In this document: piece after piece, positions 29,138 to 38,866 of the stretch
How positions within the stretch are numbered: the stretch's first letter is position 1
How the letters are laid out: every line of letters begins with the position of its first letter
Assembly: GCA_963744145.1 (NCBI GenBank)
Contig: CAVUSO010000001.1
Coordinates: forward strand, 2,816,001-2,880,000
Length of the DNA: 64,000 nt
DNA from: an uncultured cyanobacterium
GTDB lineage: Bacteria > Cyanobacteriota > Cyanobacteriia > Cyanobacteriales > CAWUOF01
Direction of reading: 5' to 3'
Translations under genes and position numbers: made by a program
Notes under the pieces: model-generated
Databases searched by the model: none
Seen by the model: the letters and a program-made list of their open reading frames with translations, nothing else
Told to the model about the DNA's origin: nothing

Positions 29138-32065
29138 ATGTCCCATCCTTTCCCCTCTGCACAGGAGCATCAGCTCACCAACCACAATCAAAACACAATT
29201 CGGATTCGCGGTGCTAGACAACATAATTTAAAAAATATTGACCTAGAATTGCCCCGGGATCAGCTGATTGTTTTTACTGGTGTTTCCGGTTCTGGTAAAT
29301 CTTCCCTCGCGTTCGATACCATTTTTGCTGAAGGTCAACGTCGCTATGTAGAATCCCTCAGTGCTTATGCTAGACAATTTTTGGGACAACTAGATAAACC
29401 GGATGTGGATACGATTGAGGGGTTAAGTCCAGCGATCGCGATTGACCAAAAATCTACCTCCCATAATCCTCGCTCTACTGTGGGGACAGTGACCGAAATT
29501 TATGATTATCTCCGTTTACTGTTTGGACGAGCTGGTGAACCTCATTGTCCGATTTGCGATCGCTTGATTGCACCTCAAACTATTGATGAAATGTGCGATC
29601 GGCTGATGGAACTTCCTGATGGGACTCGGTTTCAAATTCTTTCTCCTGTGGTTCGGGGGAAAAAGGGTACTCACCAAAAATTACTTTCTTCTCTAGTGAG
29701 TGAAGGTTTTGTTCGGGTGAGAATCAATGGGGAAATTAGACAATTAGCGGATGTAATTGAGTTAGATAAAAATCATACTCATCGGATTGAAATTGTCATT
29801 GATAGACTGATCAAAAAATCCAATCTGCCCGAACGTTTATGTGATTCTCTTACGACTTGTTTACGTCATTCTCAGGGAATCGCTGTGATTGATATTTTGC
29901 CAGATTCAGATCCAGAAAATCAAGAAAAATATAGCACAAAAACGCCACTTGAGTCAACTGATTTAGCACCAGAATTACCAAAAGAATTAATATTTTCAGA
30001 AAATTTTGCCTGTCCAGAACATGGAGCAGTAATGGAAGAATTATCTCCGCGTTTATTTTCCTTTAATTCTCCCTATGGTGCTTGTCTGAACTGTCATGGA
30101 TTAGGAAATTTGCGAACTTTTTCCCCAGATTTAGTAGTACCAGATCCCACCGCACCAGTATACTGTGCGATCGCACCTTGGTCAGAAAAAGATAACTCCT
30201 ATTATATTTCTATTCTTGATAGTCTCGGTCAAGCTTATGGCTTTGATCTTAATACTTCTTGGCAAAAACTAACTCCTGTCCAGCGTCAAGCGATTCTCTA
30301 TGGTGCAGAAAAACCAATTTGGATGGAAGATCGAGATGATTATCGACGTTATGCTGGAGTGATCAATATTTTACAGCGGCAATATGATGAAACTGCGTCA
30401 GAAGTTCAAAAACAAAAATTAGAACCATTTTTAATTGATCAAGCTTGCGAAGTTTGTCAAGGAAAGCGTCTGAAACCATCAGCATTTGCTGTGCGGTTAG
30501 GACAATATAATATTTTGGATCTGACGACAGTTTCAATTAGTGAATGTCGCAAGAGAATTGATAATTTAAAATTAAGCGATCGGCAAATTCAAATCGGGGA
30601 AATGGCTTTCAAAGAAATCCGCGATCGATTACAATTTTTACTTGATGTCGGGTTAGATTACCTGACCCTTGATCGTCCCGCAATGACTCTTTCTGGAGGT
30701 GAAGCACAAAGGATTCGACTAGCAACTCAAATCGGTTCTGGTTTAACAGGAGTATTATACGTTTTAGATGAACCTAGTATTGGTTTACATCAAAAAGATA
30801 ACCAGCGATTACTGAATACTTTAATGAAATTGCGAGATTTAGGTAATACCCTAATCGTCGTCGAACATGATGAAGAAACTATTCGAGCAGCTAACCATAT
30901 TGTTGATATCGGTCCTGGTGCTGGAGTACATGGAGGTGAAATTGTTGCTCAAGGAAATTTAGACAGATTACTAGCTACGGAAAATTCCCTTACAGGTGCT
31001 TACTTATCAAGAAAAATAGTAATTGAAACTCCCTCAACCCGGAGAAATGGTAACGGAAAATACCTATTGCTCAAAAATTGTCATCGTAATAATTTAAAAC
31101 ATATTGATGTCAAAATTCGTCTCGGTACACTTGCTTGTATTACGGGTGTTTCTGGTTCTGGTAAATCTACCTTAATTAATGAGTTACTATACCCAGCTTT
31201 ACAACATCAATTTAGCCGTAAAGTTCCTTTTCCGACCGAAATAGATGGAATTGATGGACTAAATAGTATTGATAAAGCAATTATTATTGATCAATCTCCC
31301 ATCGGTCGTACTCCTCGTTCTAATCCTGCTACTTATACAGGAGTATTTGATATTATCCGTAATATATTTGCTAGTACAATTGAAGCTAAAGCTAGAGGTT
31401 ATAAACAGGGACAATTTTCCTTTAATGTCAAAGGAGGACGCTGTGAAGCTTGTGGTGGACAAGGGGTAAATGTGATTTCCATGAACTTTCTTCCGGATGT
31501 ATATGTTCAGTGTGAAGTTTGTAAAGGCGATCGCTATAATCGAGAAACCCTACAAGTAAAATATAAAGGGAAATCGATTTCTGAAGTTTTGAATATGACA
31601 GTAGAAGAAAGCTTAGAATTTTTTAAAAATATTCCTAGAGCTGCAACCCGATTAGAAACTTTAGTAGATGTGGGGTTAGGATATGTACGTTTAGGACAAA
31701 CTGCACCAACCCTATCCGGAGGTGAAGCACAAAGGGTAAAATTAGCATCGGAATTATCTCGTCGTGCTACCGGAAAGACTCTTTATTTAATTGATGAACC
31801 GACCACAGGGTTATCCTTTTACGATGTACATAAATTGTTGAATGTGTTACAGCGATTAGTAGACAAAGGTAATTCAATTATCATTATTGAGCATAATTTA
31901 GATGTAATTCGTTGTGCTGATTGGGTGGTGGATTTAGGACCAGAAGGTGGAGATCAGGGAGGAGAAGTAATTGCGATCGGCACCCCAGAACAAATCGCCG
32001 CCAATCCTCACTCTTATACTGGACAATATTTAAAACAAGTTTTGTCCAATTACCAAAAATCTTAA
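29138..32065 (+). CDS. uvrA: Excinuclease ABC subunit A
   Basis: GARQHNLKN, two GVSGSGKS Walker A motifs, two LSGGEAQR signatures, Zn-finger CxxC motifs. Confidence 0.98.
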   Translation: MSHPFPSAQEHQLTNHNQNTIRIRGARQHNLKNIDLELPRDQLIVFTGVSGSGKSSLAFDTIFAEGQRRYVESLSAYARQFLGQLDKPDVDTIEGLSPAIAIDQKSTSHNPRSTVGTVTEIYDYLRLLFGRAGEPHCPICDRLIAPQTIDEMCDRLMELPDGTRFQILSPVVRGKKGTHQKLLSSLVSEGFVRVRINGEIRQLADVIELDKNHTHRIEIVIDRLIKKSNLPERLCDSLTTCLRHSQGIAVIDILPDSDPENQEKYSTKTPLESTDLAPELPKELIFSENFACPEHGAVMEELSPRLFSFNSPYGACLNCHGLGNLRTFSPDLVVPDPTAPVYCAIAPWSEKDNSYYISILDSLGQAYGFDLNTSWQKLTPVQRQAILYGAEKPIWMEDRDDYRRYAGVINILQRQYDETASEVQKQKLEPFLIDQACEVCQGKRLKPSAFAVRLGQYNILDLTTVSISECRKRIDNLKLSDRQIQIGEMAFKEIRDRLQFLLDVGLDYLTLDRPAMTLSGGEAQRIRLATQIGSGLTGVLYVLDEPSIGLHQKDNQRLLNTLMKLRDLGNTLIVVEHDEETIRAANHIVDIGPGAGVHGGEIVAQGNLDRLLATENSLTGAYLSRKIVIETPSTRRNGNGKYLLLKNCHRNNLKHIDVKIRLGTLACITGVSGSGKSTLINELLYPALQHQFSRKVPFPTEIDGIDGLNSIDKAIIIDQSPIGRTPRSNPATYTGVFDIIRNIFASTIEAKARGYKQGQFSFNVKGGRCEACGGQGVNVISMNFLPDVYVQCEVCKGDRYNRETLQVKYKGKSISEVLNMTVEESLEFFKNIPRAATRLETLVDVGLGYVRLGQTAPTLSGGEAQRVKLASELSRRATGKTLYLIDEPTTGLSFYDVHKLLNVLQRLVDKGNSIIIIEHNLDVIRCADWVVDLGPEGGDQGGEVIAIGTPEQIAANPHSYTGQYLKQVLSNYQKS

Positions 32066-32190
32066 ATTTATTTGGTAATAGGGTAAAACCAAACGAGGGA
32101 TGATCACCTAAACTTAACATCCATCCTAGTAGGTCTAAGGTAAAATTAACGGACAATGGCTAATTAACAAAGTCTTTTGCCCCCTAATCT

Positions 32191-32889
32191 ATGGCTAAAT
32201 CTTCCTTCAGAGCCAAACGTTTCTGGTCTCAACCTGCAACTCGTCTCATCTTAACAATCTTGGTTGCGTTGGGAGTGTACTATTTCTTACCTATATCTTG
32301 GTGGGAAATTCGCTTGTTGCTAGGTTTTAACCTGGGGTTAATTGTGCATTTGGGACTCTTGGTAAATTTACTCTGGCACTTCACACCAGAACAAACTTAC
32401 CGTCATGCTCAAAAAGGAAAACCGAGCAATATCGCATTGCTGTTCATAGTAGTGCTGTTCTCATTTATTAGTCTAATTGCGATCGCACTAATGTTAGATG
32501 ATTCTAAAAACTCGCCCCCCGCGATCACCAATATCCACATGGGTCTTTCTTCAATTGCGATTTTCCTATCCTGGCTGCTGGTCAACATCTACTATTCCAT
32601 TCATTATGCCTATATTTATTATGATGAAGTGAATGAGGAGGACAAAAAACAAATCGGGGATCAAACTTATCCTCATTTGCAAGGTCTAGAGTTTCCCCAG
32701 GAAGAACTACCATCCTACCGCGATTTCCTCTATTATTCATTTACGATCGCCATGTGCTATCAAACTTCCGACATCTCCATCATCAGTTCCCAAATGCGAG
32801 ATATCAGCCTGTTGCACGCTATTTTCTCTTTCATTTTTGTGGCAGTGATTTTGGGTCTAGTAGTTAACATCGTCACCAATCTTGTTTAG
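32191..32889 (+). CDS. DUF1345 family membrane protein
   Basis: Several TM helices; HYAYIYY, GLEFP, YRDFLYYSFTIAMCYQTSD. Confidence 0.85.
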   Translation: MAKSSFRAKRFWSQPATRLILTILVALGVYYFLPISWWEIRLLLGFNLGLIVHLGLLVNLLWHFTPEQTYRHAQKGKPSNIALLFIVVLFSFISLIAIALMLDDSKNSPPAITNIHMGLSSIAIFLSWLLVNIYYSIHYAYIYYDEVNEEDKKQIGDQTYPHLQGLEFPQEELPSYRDFLYYSFTIAMCYQTSDISIISSQMRDISLLHAIFSFIFVAVILGLVVNIVTNLV

Positions 32890-32894
32890 GTTGA

Positions 32895-35800
32895 TTAGTT
32901 TAATGAGTGATTCTTCTTGGTGCCGATCTGATCGCAAAGACGCCGATCATGCTCGGTAGCACCAGAATCTGGATTGTCCAAATAAGTTTTCAACAAAAAG
33001 CAACCTTGTTCTAGTAGATAGTTAAAATCAAATTCTAAATTCCACAAAATGATCTTACCATCGCTACCAGCAGAGGCCAAAGTTTGACCATCTGGGCTAA
33101 AACTGACATTTTTCACAGAACTAAACATCGGGAGAGTATGTTCTAACTGGCCAGTGGCCGGATTCCAGAGTTTGATGGCCTTGTCCTCACTACCAGAGGC
33201 CAAGGTTTTTCCATCGGGGCTAAAACTGACACTGTAGACCAAACTACCATGTCCAGTGAGAGTCTGGAGTTCTTGGCCTGTAGTTACATCCCAAAGTTTA
33301 ATGGTCTTGTCCCAACTGCCAGAGGCCAAAGTTTGACCATCTGGATGGAAACTCACACTCAGGACTCGATCGCTATGTCCTTTGAAGCTACGGAGTTCCT
33401 TACCTGTATTCACATTCCAGATTTTGATACTGTTGTCCCCACTGCCAGAGGCCAGAGTTTGACCATCTGGGCTAAAACTGACGCTAAAAACCTCATTAGT
33501 ATGCCCAGTCAGAGTCCGGAGTTCCTTACCTGTAGTGACATTCCAGATTTTGATGCTGTTGTCCTCACTACCAGAGGCCAAAGTTTGACCATCCGGGCTA
33601 AAACTAATACTGTAGACCGAGCCAGTATGTCCAGTCAGAGTCCGGAGTAGCTGGCCGGTGGTCACATCCCAAAGTTTAATGCTGTTATCCTTACTACCAG
33701 AGGCCAAGGTTTTTCCATCCGGGCTGAACCTGACGCTAAAAACCACATTAGTATGCCCAGTCAGAGTCCGGAGTACCTGGCTGGTAGTCATATTCCAGAG
33801 TTTAATGCTGTTGTCCCAACTACCAGAGGCCAAGATTTGACCATCCGGGCTAAAACTGACACTATTGACCACATTAGTATGCCCAGTCAGAGTCCGAGGT
33901 TCTATGTTTGTGGTCACATCCCAGAGTTTAATGCTGTTGTCCCCACTACCAGAGGCCAAGATTTGACCATTCGGGCTAAAACTAATGCTATTGATCACAT
34001 TAGTATGCCCAGTTAGAGTTTGGAGTTCTTGGCCGGTGGTCACATCCCAGAGTTTAATGCTGTTGTCCCCACTACCAGAGGCCAAGATTTGACCATCCGG
34101 GCTAAAACTGATACTATTGACCACATTAGTATGCCCAGTCAGAGTTTGGAGTTCTTGGCCGGTGGTCACATTCCAGAGTTTAATGCTGTTGTCCCCACCA
34201 CCAAAGGCCACAGTTTGACCATCCGGGCTAAAACTGATGCTATACACATCACTACTATACCTAGTGAGATTCCGAAGGAGCTGGCCAGTGGTTACATCCC
34301 AAAGTTTGACGCTGTGATCCTCACTACCAGATGCTACGGTTTTCCCATCCGGGCTGAATCTGATGCTCCAGACCGAACTACTATGTCCAGTGAGAGTCCG
34401 AAGGATCTGACCGGTATTCACATCCCAGAGTTTGATATTGTTGTCCTTACTGCCAGAAGCCAAGGTTTTTCCATCGGGACTGAAACTGATACTATAAACA
34501 TCCCCAGTATGTCCAGTGAGAGTCCGAAGTTCCTTACCTGTAGTCACATCCCAGAGTTTAATGCTGTTGTCCCCACTACCAGAGGCCAAGATTTGACCAT
34601 TGGGGCTGAACCTGACACTCCAGACCACCCCAGTATGTCCCAAGAGAGTCTGGAGTTCCTTACCTGTAGTCACATCCCAGAGCTTGATGGTCTGATCCCG
34701 ACTACCAGTCACCAAGATTTTCCCATTCGGGCTAAAATTGACGCTATTCACTTCCAGGCTATGTTTGACCAAACGGTTACGTTCCCTAACATTAAAAACC
34801 GATTGTTCCAACGCTTCTGTTACAGTTGGCTCAGTGCCATGTTCTTTTTTCAAGCCATTTCCAGCCTCAAGTGCAGCAACTAAAGCATCAATTTTTTTAC
34901 CATTCTTCGATAGCAATAAAGAAGATTTTGCCTCAGCTTTAATTTCATTAAGTTTGGCTTCTTGGCGACTAATTTCGGCTTCAATGTTTTTATACACAGC
35001 AATGAGAGTCGCGATCGCGGCGATCGCTGCAACTACTGTCATTACTACCAACAGCAATCTTAACCGGATCAGCCGCTGTTTTTCCTGTTCAGCTGCCGCC
35101 TCGATCGCCTGATGGCTAGATTCAATAAACTTGGTTTGTACTTCTGTGACGAAGGGTTGCTTTTTACCTTGGGTTGCTTCCTGGAACCAGTGGTCAGCGA
35201 TCGCGAATTCACTTCCCCGCAGGAGTAAATCACTACTCTGATCCTGGTTTTGCCATTCGATCGCCCGACGCAGCCATTTAGTATGATTTTGGATATATTC
35301 CCGGTCTGTATCTAGGGTTCTGAGCAATTGATTAATATTGGCATAAAGATCACCTTCCTTTTGAGTAAAATCGATCCACTGTACTTTAGCCAACTCTGGA
35401 TGCAACTGGGTTTTATCCACCTCTTGATACAAGACCGTAATAAAACGTTTGTTAAGTTTGGCTGCATATTCCACTTCATCAGTACAATCGGGAGAATTGA
35501 TTGAGTGCGGTGACAGAATAAACAAAAAGTTGTCAGCACTTTCAATTCCCTGATAAACTTCCTGCTGAAAATCTACTCCTGAAGCAATACTCTCTTGCTC
35601 AAACCAAGTAGTTTTTCCCCTGGTTTGCAATTCATCATTCAACGAACGGACTAGATCTGCATCAGCTTTTGAGTAGGAGATAAATACATCAAGGGATACG
35701 GCTGGTGGTTGACGCAAACTTTCATTAATAAATGCTTTTTGCAAGGTAGTCGGTTGATGCTGAGTTCTCAGTTCCGCTCCCTTCAACCAAACTTCAGCAT

Positions 35801-37094
35801 GGCGCAAATTATAGCCCCGCAGTAAAATACTGGGATTGTGGTTCTGTCGCTCCCACTTCAGCGCTTTACTTAACAATTGCTTATGCTCTTCGTAATAGCT
35901 AGCTTCCTCCTGTAAAGCATTGAGCAACTGATCCAAATCCTGACGGAAGTCTGATTCAGTCTGATTATTGGTGAAGTCGATGAATTGTAAGGCTCGAATC
36001 ACTGGCGGCACTTGCTCCAAGTCAGTTGATGATATGATCAGAGGAATAATCCTTTTATGGAGACCCAGAGCATAGTTAATCTCTTGCTGACAATAATGGG
36101 ATGTCAAAGCATCGGTCGAGATTAAATAGACTATGTTATCCGCCTGTTCAATCCCCCGATTAATTGCCTCCTCAAATATTTCTCCAGTTTGAATATCCGT
36201 CTTATTTGTCCAAACCGTAATCCCTTCTCTGACCAATACCTCGCGAATTTTGGCCATAAAAGCGCTGTCCACTTCCGCATAGGAGAGAAACACCTGAGTC
36301 ATCAAGTTATTGGCATTTTTGATGCTCTCACCAATTAACTCACATTGCAGTAAAGTCGGTTCACAGGGCGGTTGTTCTTCCTGAAACCGCTGTTTTAACC
36401 ATAATTCTGCCGCTTTTCGTTGTTCTCCAGTCAATAGATAGCGGGTTTTTTTCTGTTGATTTTCCCACTTGATCGCTCGATTTAATAAAAATGTATGTTG
36501 CCGCACATAGTCCTGATGACGATGAAATATTTCGATTAATCCGCTCAATCCTTTCTCAAAATCATTAATCCCTTCTTGAACATAGATCCAGTTGATTTTG
36601 CTAATGATCGGGTGCATATTCAGGAAACTGGAATGTAATCCCTTTTCCTGATAAGTCTGCCATTCTGACTCTGATTTGTCAGGGTGACGCTGTTGCCAAG
36701 TCTCTTGGCTGATTTGTCCGACGTGCAGAAGTGGAATAATTCGTTTTTTTAGTTGGATGGCTAGTTCAATTTCTTTCCGACAATAGGGAGAGTTAACAGA
36801 ATGAGGCGAAATCAGAAATAGAAAGTTATCGGCTTTAGTGATCCCATCATCTATTTGATTTTGGTAATCAACCCCCAAAGGAATATCATTAAAATCAAAC
36901 CACACTTTGAACTCAGCCTGATTGAGTCGGTCTTGAAGTTGAGCAGCAAAGGCTTTACTATCAGCTCGACCATAGGAAATAAAAGCATCATAGAGACGTT
37001 CCGATGGCAGGTCTGAGGGCAAAGTCGCAGGGGGTGGAGTTGAAACAGTAGTCAAAAGATTATTGTTTGGGGGTTGAGATACATCCATCGCCAA
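32895..37094 (-). CDS. Triple TIR - TM - WD40 repeat protein
   Basis: Three TIR starts (YDAFISYGRAD, QVFLSYAEVD, DVFISYSKAD), each with a CxxE(I/V) helix; hydrophobic LLLVVMTVVAAIAAIATLIAVY; ~14 WD40 repeats. ATG at 37088 is an alternative start. Confidence 0.92.
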   Translation of the reverse strand: MAMDVSQPPNNNLLTTVSTPPPATLPSDLPSERLYDAFISYGRADSKAFAAQLQDRLNQAEFKVWFDFNDIPLGVDYQNQIDDGITKADNFLFLISPHSVNSPYCRKEIELAIQLKKRIIPLLHVGQISQETWQQRHPDKSESEWQTYQEKGLHSSFLNMHPIISKINWIYVQEGINDFEKGLSGLIEIFHRHQDYVRQHTFLLNRAIKWENQQKKTRYLLTGEQRKAAELWLKQRFQEEQPPCEPTLLQCELIGESIKNANNLMTQVFLSYAEVDSAFMAKIREVLVREGITVWTNKTDIQTGEIFEEAINRGIEQADNIVYLISTDALTSHYCQQEINYALGLHKRIIPLIISSTDLEQVPPVIRALQFIDFTNNQTESDFRQDLDQLLNALQEEASYYEEHKQLLSKALKWERQNHNPSILLRGYNLRHAEVWLKGAELRTQHQPTTLQKAFINESLRQPPAVSLDVFISYSKADADLVRSLNDELQTRGKTTWFEQESIASGVDFQQEVYQGIESADNFLFILSPHSINSPDCTDEVEYAAKLNKRFITVLYQEVDKTQLHPELAKVQWIDFTQKEGDLYANINQLLRTLDTDREYIQNHTKWLRRAIEWQNQDQSSDLLLRGSEFAIADHWFQEATQGKKQPFVTEVQTKFIESSHQAIEAAAEQEKQRLIRLRLLLVVMTVVAAIAAIATLIAVYKNIEAEISRQEAKLNEIKAEAKSSLLLSKNGKKIDALVAALEAGNGLKKEHGTEPTVTEALEQSVFNVRERNRLVKHSLEVNSVNFSPNGKILVTGSRDQTIKLWDVTTGKELQTLLGHTGVVWSVRFSPNGQILASGSGDNSIKLWDVTTGKELRTLTGHTGDVYSISFSPDGKTLASGSKDNNIKLWDVNTGQILRTLTGHSSSVWSIRFSPDGKTVASGSEDHSVKLWDVTTGQLLRNLTRYSSDVYSISFSPDGQTVAFGGGDNSIKLWNVTTGQELQTLTGHTNVVNSISFSPDGQILASGSGDNSIKLWDVTTGQELQTLTGHTNVINSISFSPNGQILASGSGDNSIKLWDVTTNIEPRTLTGHTNVVNSVSFSPDGQILASGSWDNSIKLWNMTTSQVLRTLTGHTNVVFSVRFSPDGKTLASGSKDNSIKLWDVTTGQLLRTLTGHTGSVYSISFSPDGQTLASGSEDNSIKIWNVTTGKELRTLTGHTNEVFSVSFSPDGQTLASGSGDNSIKIWNVNTGKELRSFKGHSDRVLSVSFHPDGQTLASGSWDKTIKLWDVTTGQELQTLTGHGSLVYSVSFSPDGKTLASGSEDKAIKLWNPATGQLEHTLPMFSSVKNVSFSPDGQTLASAGSDGKIILWNLEFDFNYLLEQGCFLLKTYLDNPDSGATEHDRRLCDQIGTKKNHSLN
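33040..34790 (-). repeat. ~14 highly similar 126-bp WD40-coding repeats
   Basis: Units of type GHT..V.S.SFSPDGQ.LASGS.DNSIKLWDVTTGQELQTLT, near-identical at DNA level. Confidence 0.93.
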
Positions 37095-37295
37095 AAGCTT
37101 TATAGGTTTTATATTAAATTAGACTAGGGATTAGGTAAATAGAGTAACCGCCCATGCTCGAATCTTGATCAGGGTTTGCATAAGTGACACAATGTCGATT
37201 GCCAAGCTAAGGCTGTAATACTTACCATGTCTCAGTTACTAAAATTTTGGTAGTAATAGTTTCACTTTTTAAATTAAGAGTTCTACCCCAATCAG

Positions 37296-38645
37296 ATGGA
37301 AAAATCTTTTCAGATCAAATTCGATCCTGGACAATCGGCAAATGCTGTTATAGTTGAGAATTTCTCAGACTTGCCAAATGTGGTACAGAATTTAGATCTA
37401 CCCAATGCTTGTCCGATCATTGTCCTAGTTGGAGGAGCTAGTGGGATTAGCGATCGCGACTTGATTCTGCTGCGTCAGATGTTTGTGGAAGTTTTGGCTC
37501 CTTGTGTCCAATCTCTGGGAGCAATTGTAGTAGATGGTGGCACCGATGCTGGGATTATGAAATTGATGGGTCATGCCCGCACCCAAATTGGTGGTAGTTT
37601 TCCCTTAATTGGAGTAGCGGCAATTGGCACAGTGGTGTTCCCAGACCATCAACCCGCTAGGGATGACCCCGCTCCATTAGAACCAAACCACAGCCATTTT
37701 CTCTTAGTTCCTGGCTCTAATTGGGGAGACGAATCTCCCTGGCTGGCCCAATTAGCCAGCCAATTATCTCCAGGAAAACCATCCCTAACCATCGTCATCA
37801 ACGGGGGTGAAATTACTTGGCAAGATATATCTCAAAGTATTAAATTAGGTAGACCTGTACTTGTTATTGCTGGAAGTGGGCGCACCGCTGATCAAATAGC
37901 CGCAGCCTTAGCGGGAAAAGATGCCGACCAACGGGCAAAAGATTTAATTTTATGTGGACAAGTAAATTCTATTGACCTGAACAACGGTGGTGCTGCTTTA
38001 GCTAAGGCAATTACAGAGATGTTTTCTCATCAAAATCAGGAGCAGAAGCAAAAAATGGCCAGCAAAAAAGATCCTTATAAAGAATGGTTGAAAGAAGATT
38101 TCGGCAAGATGTTTGAAATGCTGAAACTGGGAGAAGTGCAAACACATTTTTTGCGATCGCGCTGGCTCGATCAAGTTTTGTGGATGGAAGGTAAAGCCGC
38201 TACTGCCAGAAATCGCCACTTCACGCTAAAAGTGATTACTATTCTTGGCGGTGTATTACTTCCCGCGCTAGTAACTTTGAATAACAGCGATAATCCAGAA
38301 GTCAGAGCTTACGTTTATTGGTCTACTTTTATTCTGAGCCTGCTCGTTTCAGCGACTTCCTCCCTTGAAGGGTTTTTTCTTTATGGAGATCAATGGCGCA
38401 ACTATCGTCGTTCAGTCGAATCCTTGAAAACCCAGGGTTGGCAATACTTTCAATTGAGTGGACCTTATATTTCTTATCAAACCCACGAAGAAGCTTTTCA
38501 TGCTTTTGCTGCCCAGGTAGAAGAAGTGATCCAACGGGATGTAGAAGTCTATGCTACTCAAATTGCCCAGTCTCAGAAACCAGGTGACAAGGACAAGGAC
38601 AAGGACAAGGACAAGGATGCCGATCCGCAACAACCAGAAAACTAA
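37296..38645 (+). CDS. TRPM-type SLOG (LSDAT) domain fused to SLATT/DUF4231 2-TM effector
   Basis: LVGGASG, VVDGGTDAGIM, LEPNHSHFLLV...WGDES, INGG, VIAGSGRTAD (SLOG); RWLDQVLWME, two TM helices, WRNYRRSVESLK (DUF4231/SLATT). Confidence 0.85.
   Translation: MEKSFQIKFDPGQSANAVIVENFSDLPNVVQNLDLPNACPIIVLVGGASGISDRDLILLRQMFVEVLAPCVQSLGAIVVDGGTDAGIMKLMGHARTQIGGSFPLIGVAAIGTVVFPDHQPARDDPAPLEPNHSHFLLVPGSNWGDESPWLAQLASQLSPGKPSLTIVINGGEITWQDISQSIKLGRPVLVIAGSGRTADQIAAALAGKDADQRAKDLILCGQVNSIDLNNGGAALAKAITEMFSHQNQEQKQKMASKKDPYKEWLKEDFGKMFEMLKLGEVQTHFLRSRWLDQVLWMEGKAATARNRHFTLKVITILGGVLLPALVTLNNSDNPEVRAYVYWSTFILSLLVSATSSLEGFFLYGDQWRNYRRSVESLKTQGWQYFQLSGPYISYQTHEEAFHAFAAQVEEVIQRDVEVYATQIAQSQKPGDKDKDKDKDKDADPQQPEN
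38586..38618 (+). repeat. (GACAAG)5 microsatellite encoding DKDKDKDKDKD
   Basis: Seen directly in the sequence. Confidence 0.9.
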
Positions 38646-38683
38646 CAGTTTTTAGCCATTTAATGTGAAGTTACATAGATTTA

Positions 38684-38747
38684 GATCCCCCTTAAGAAGG
38701 GGGACTTTAAATTCATGCTCCCCCTTCTTAAGGGGGTTGGGGGGATC
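38684..38747. repeat. Palindromic cyanobacterial REP-like element between convergent genes (possible terminator role)
   Basis: gatcccccttaagaaggggg...cccccttcttaagggggttggggggatc. Confidence 0.7.
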
Positions 38748-38866
38748 AATTCTATCCACCCTCATAAAAAATTAGTATTAGATAAAATCATGCAGCTAAT
38801 TTGTCTATAAAAAACTCCCCAAGATTTAAAAAAATCATGGAGAGATAATCTGAGAACTAATTTTAA

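Noticed and set aside
33249..35112. Several plus-strand ORFs (up to 287 aa) with repeats
   Set aside because: Antisense shadows of the WD40 repeat gene.
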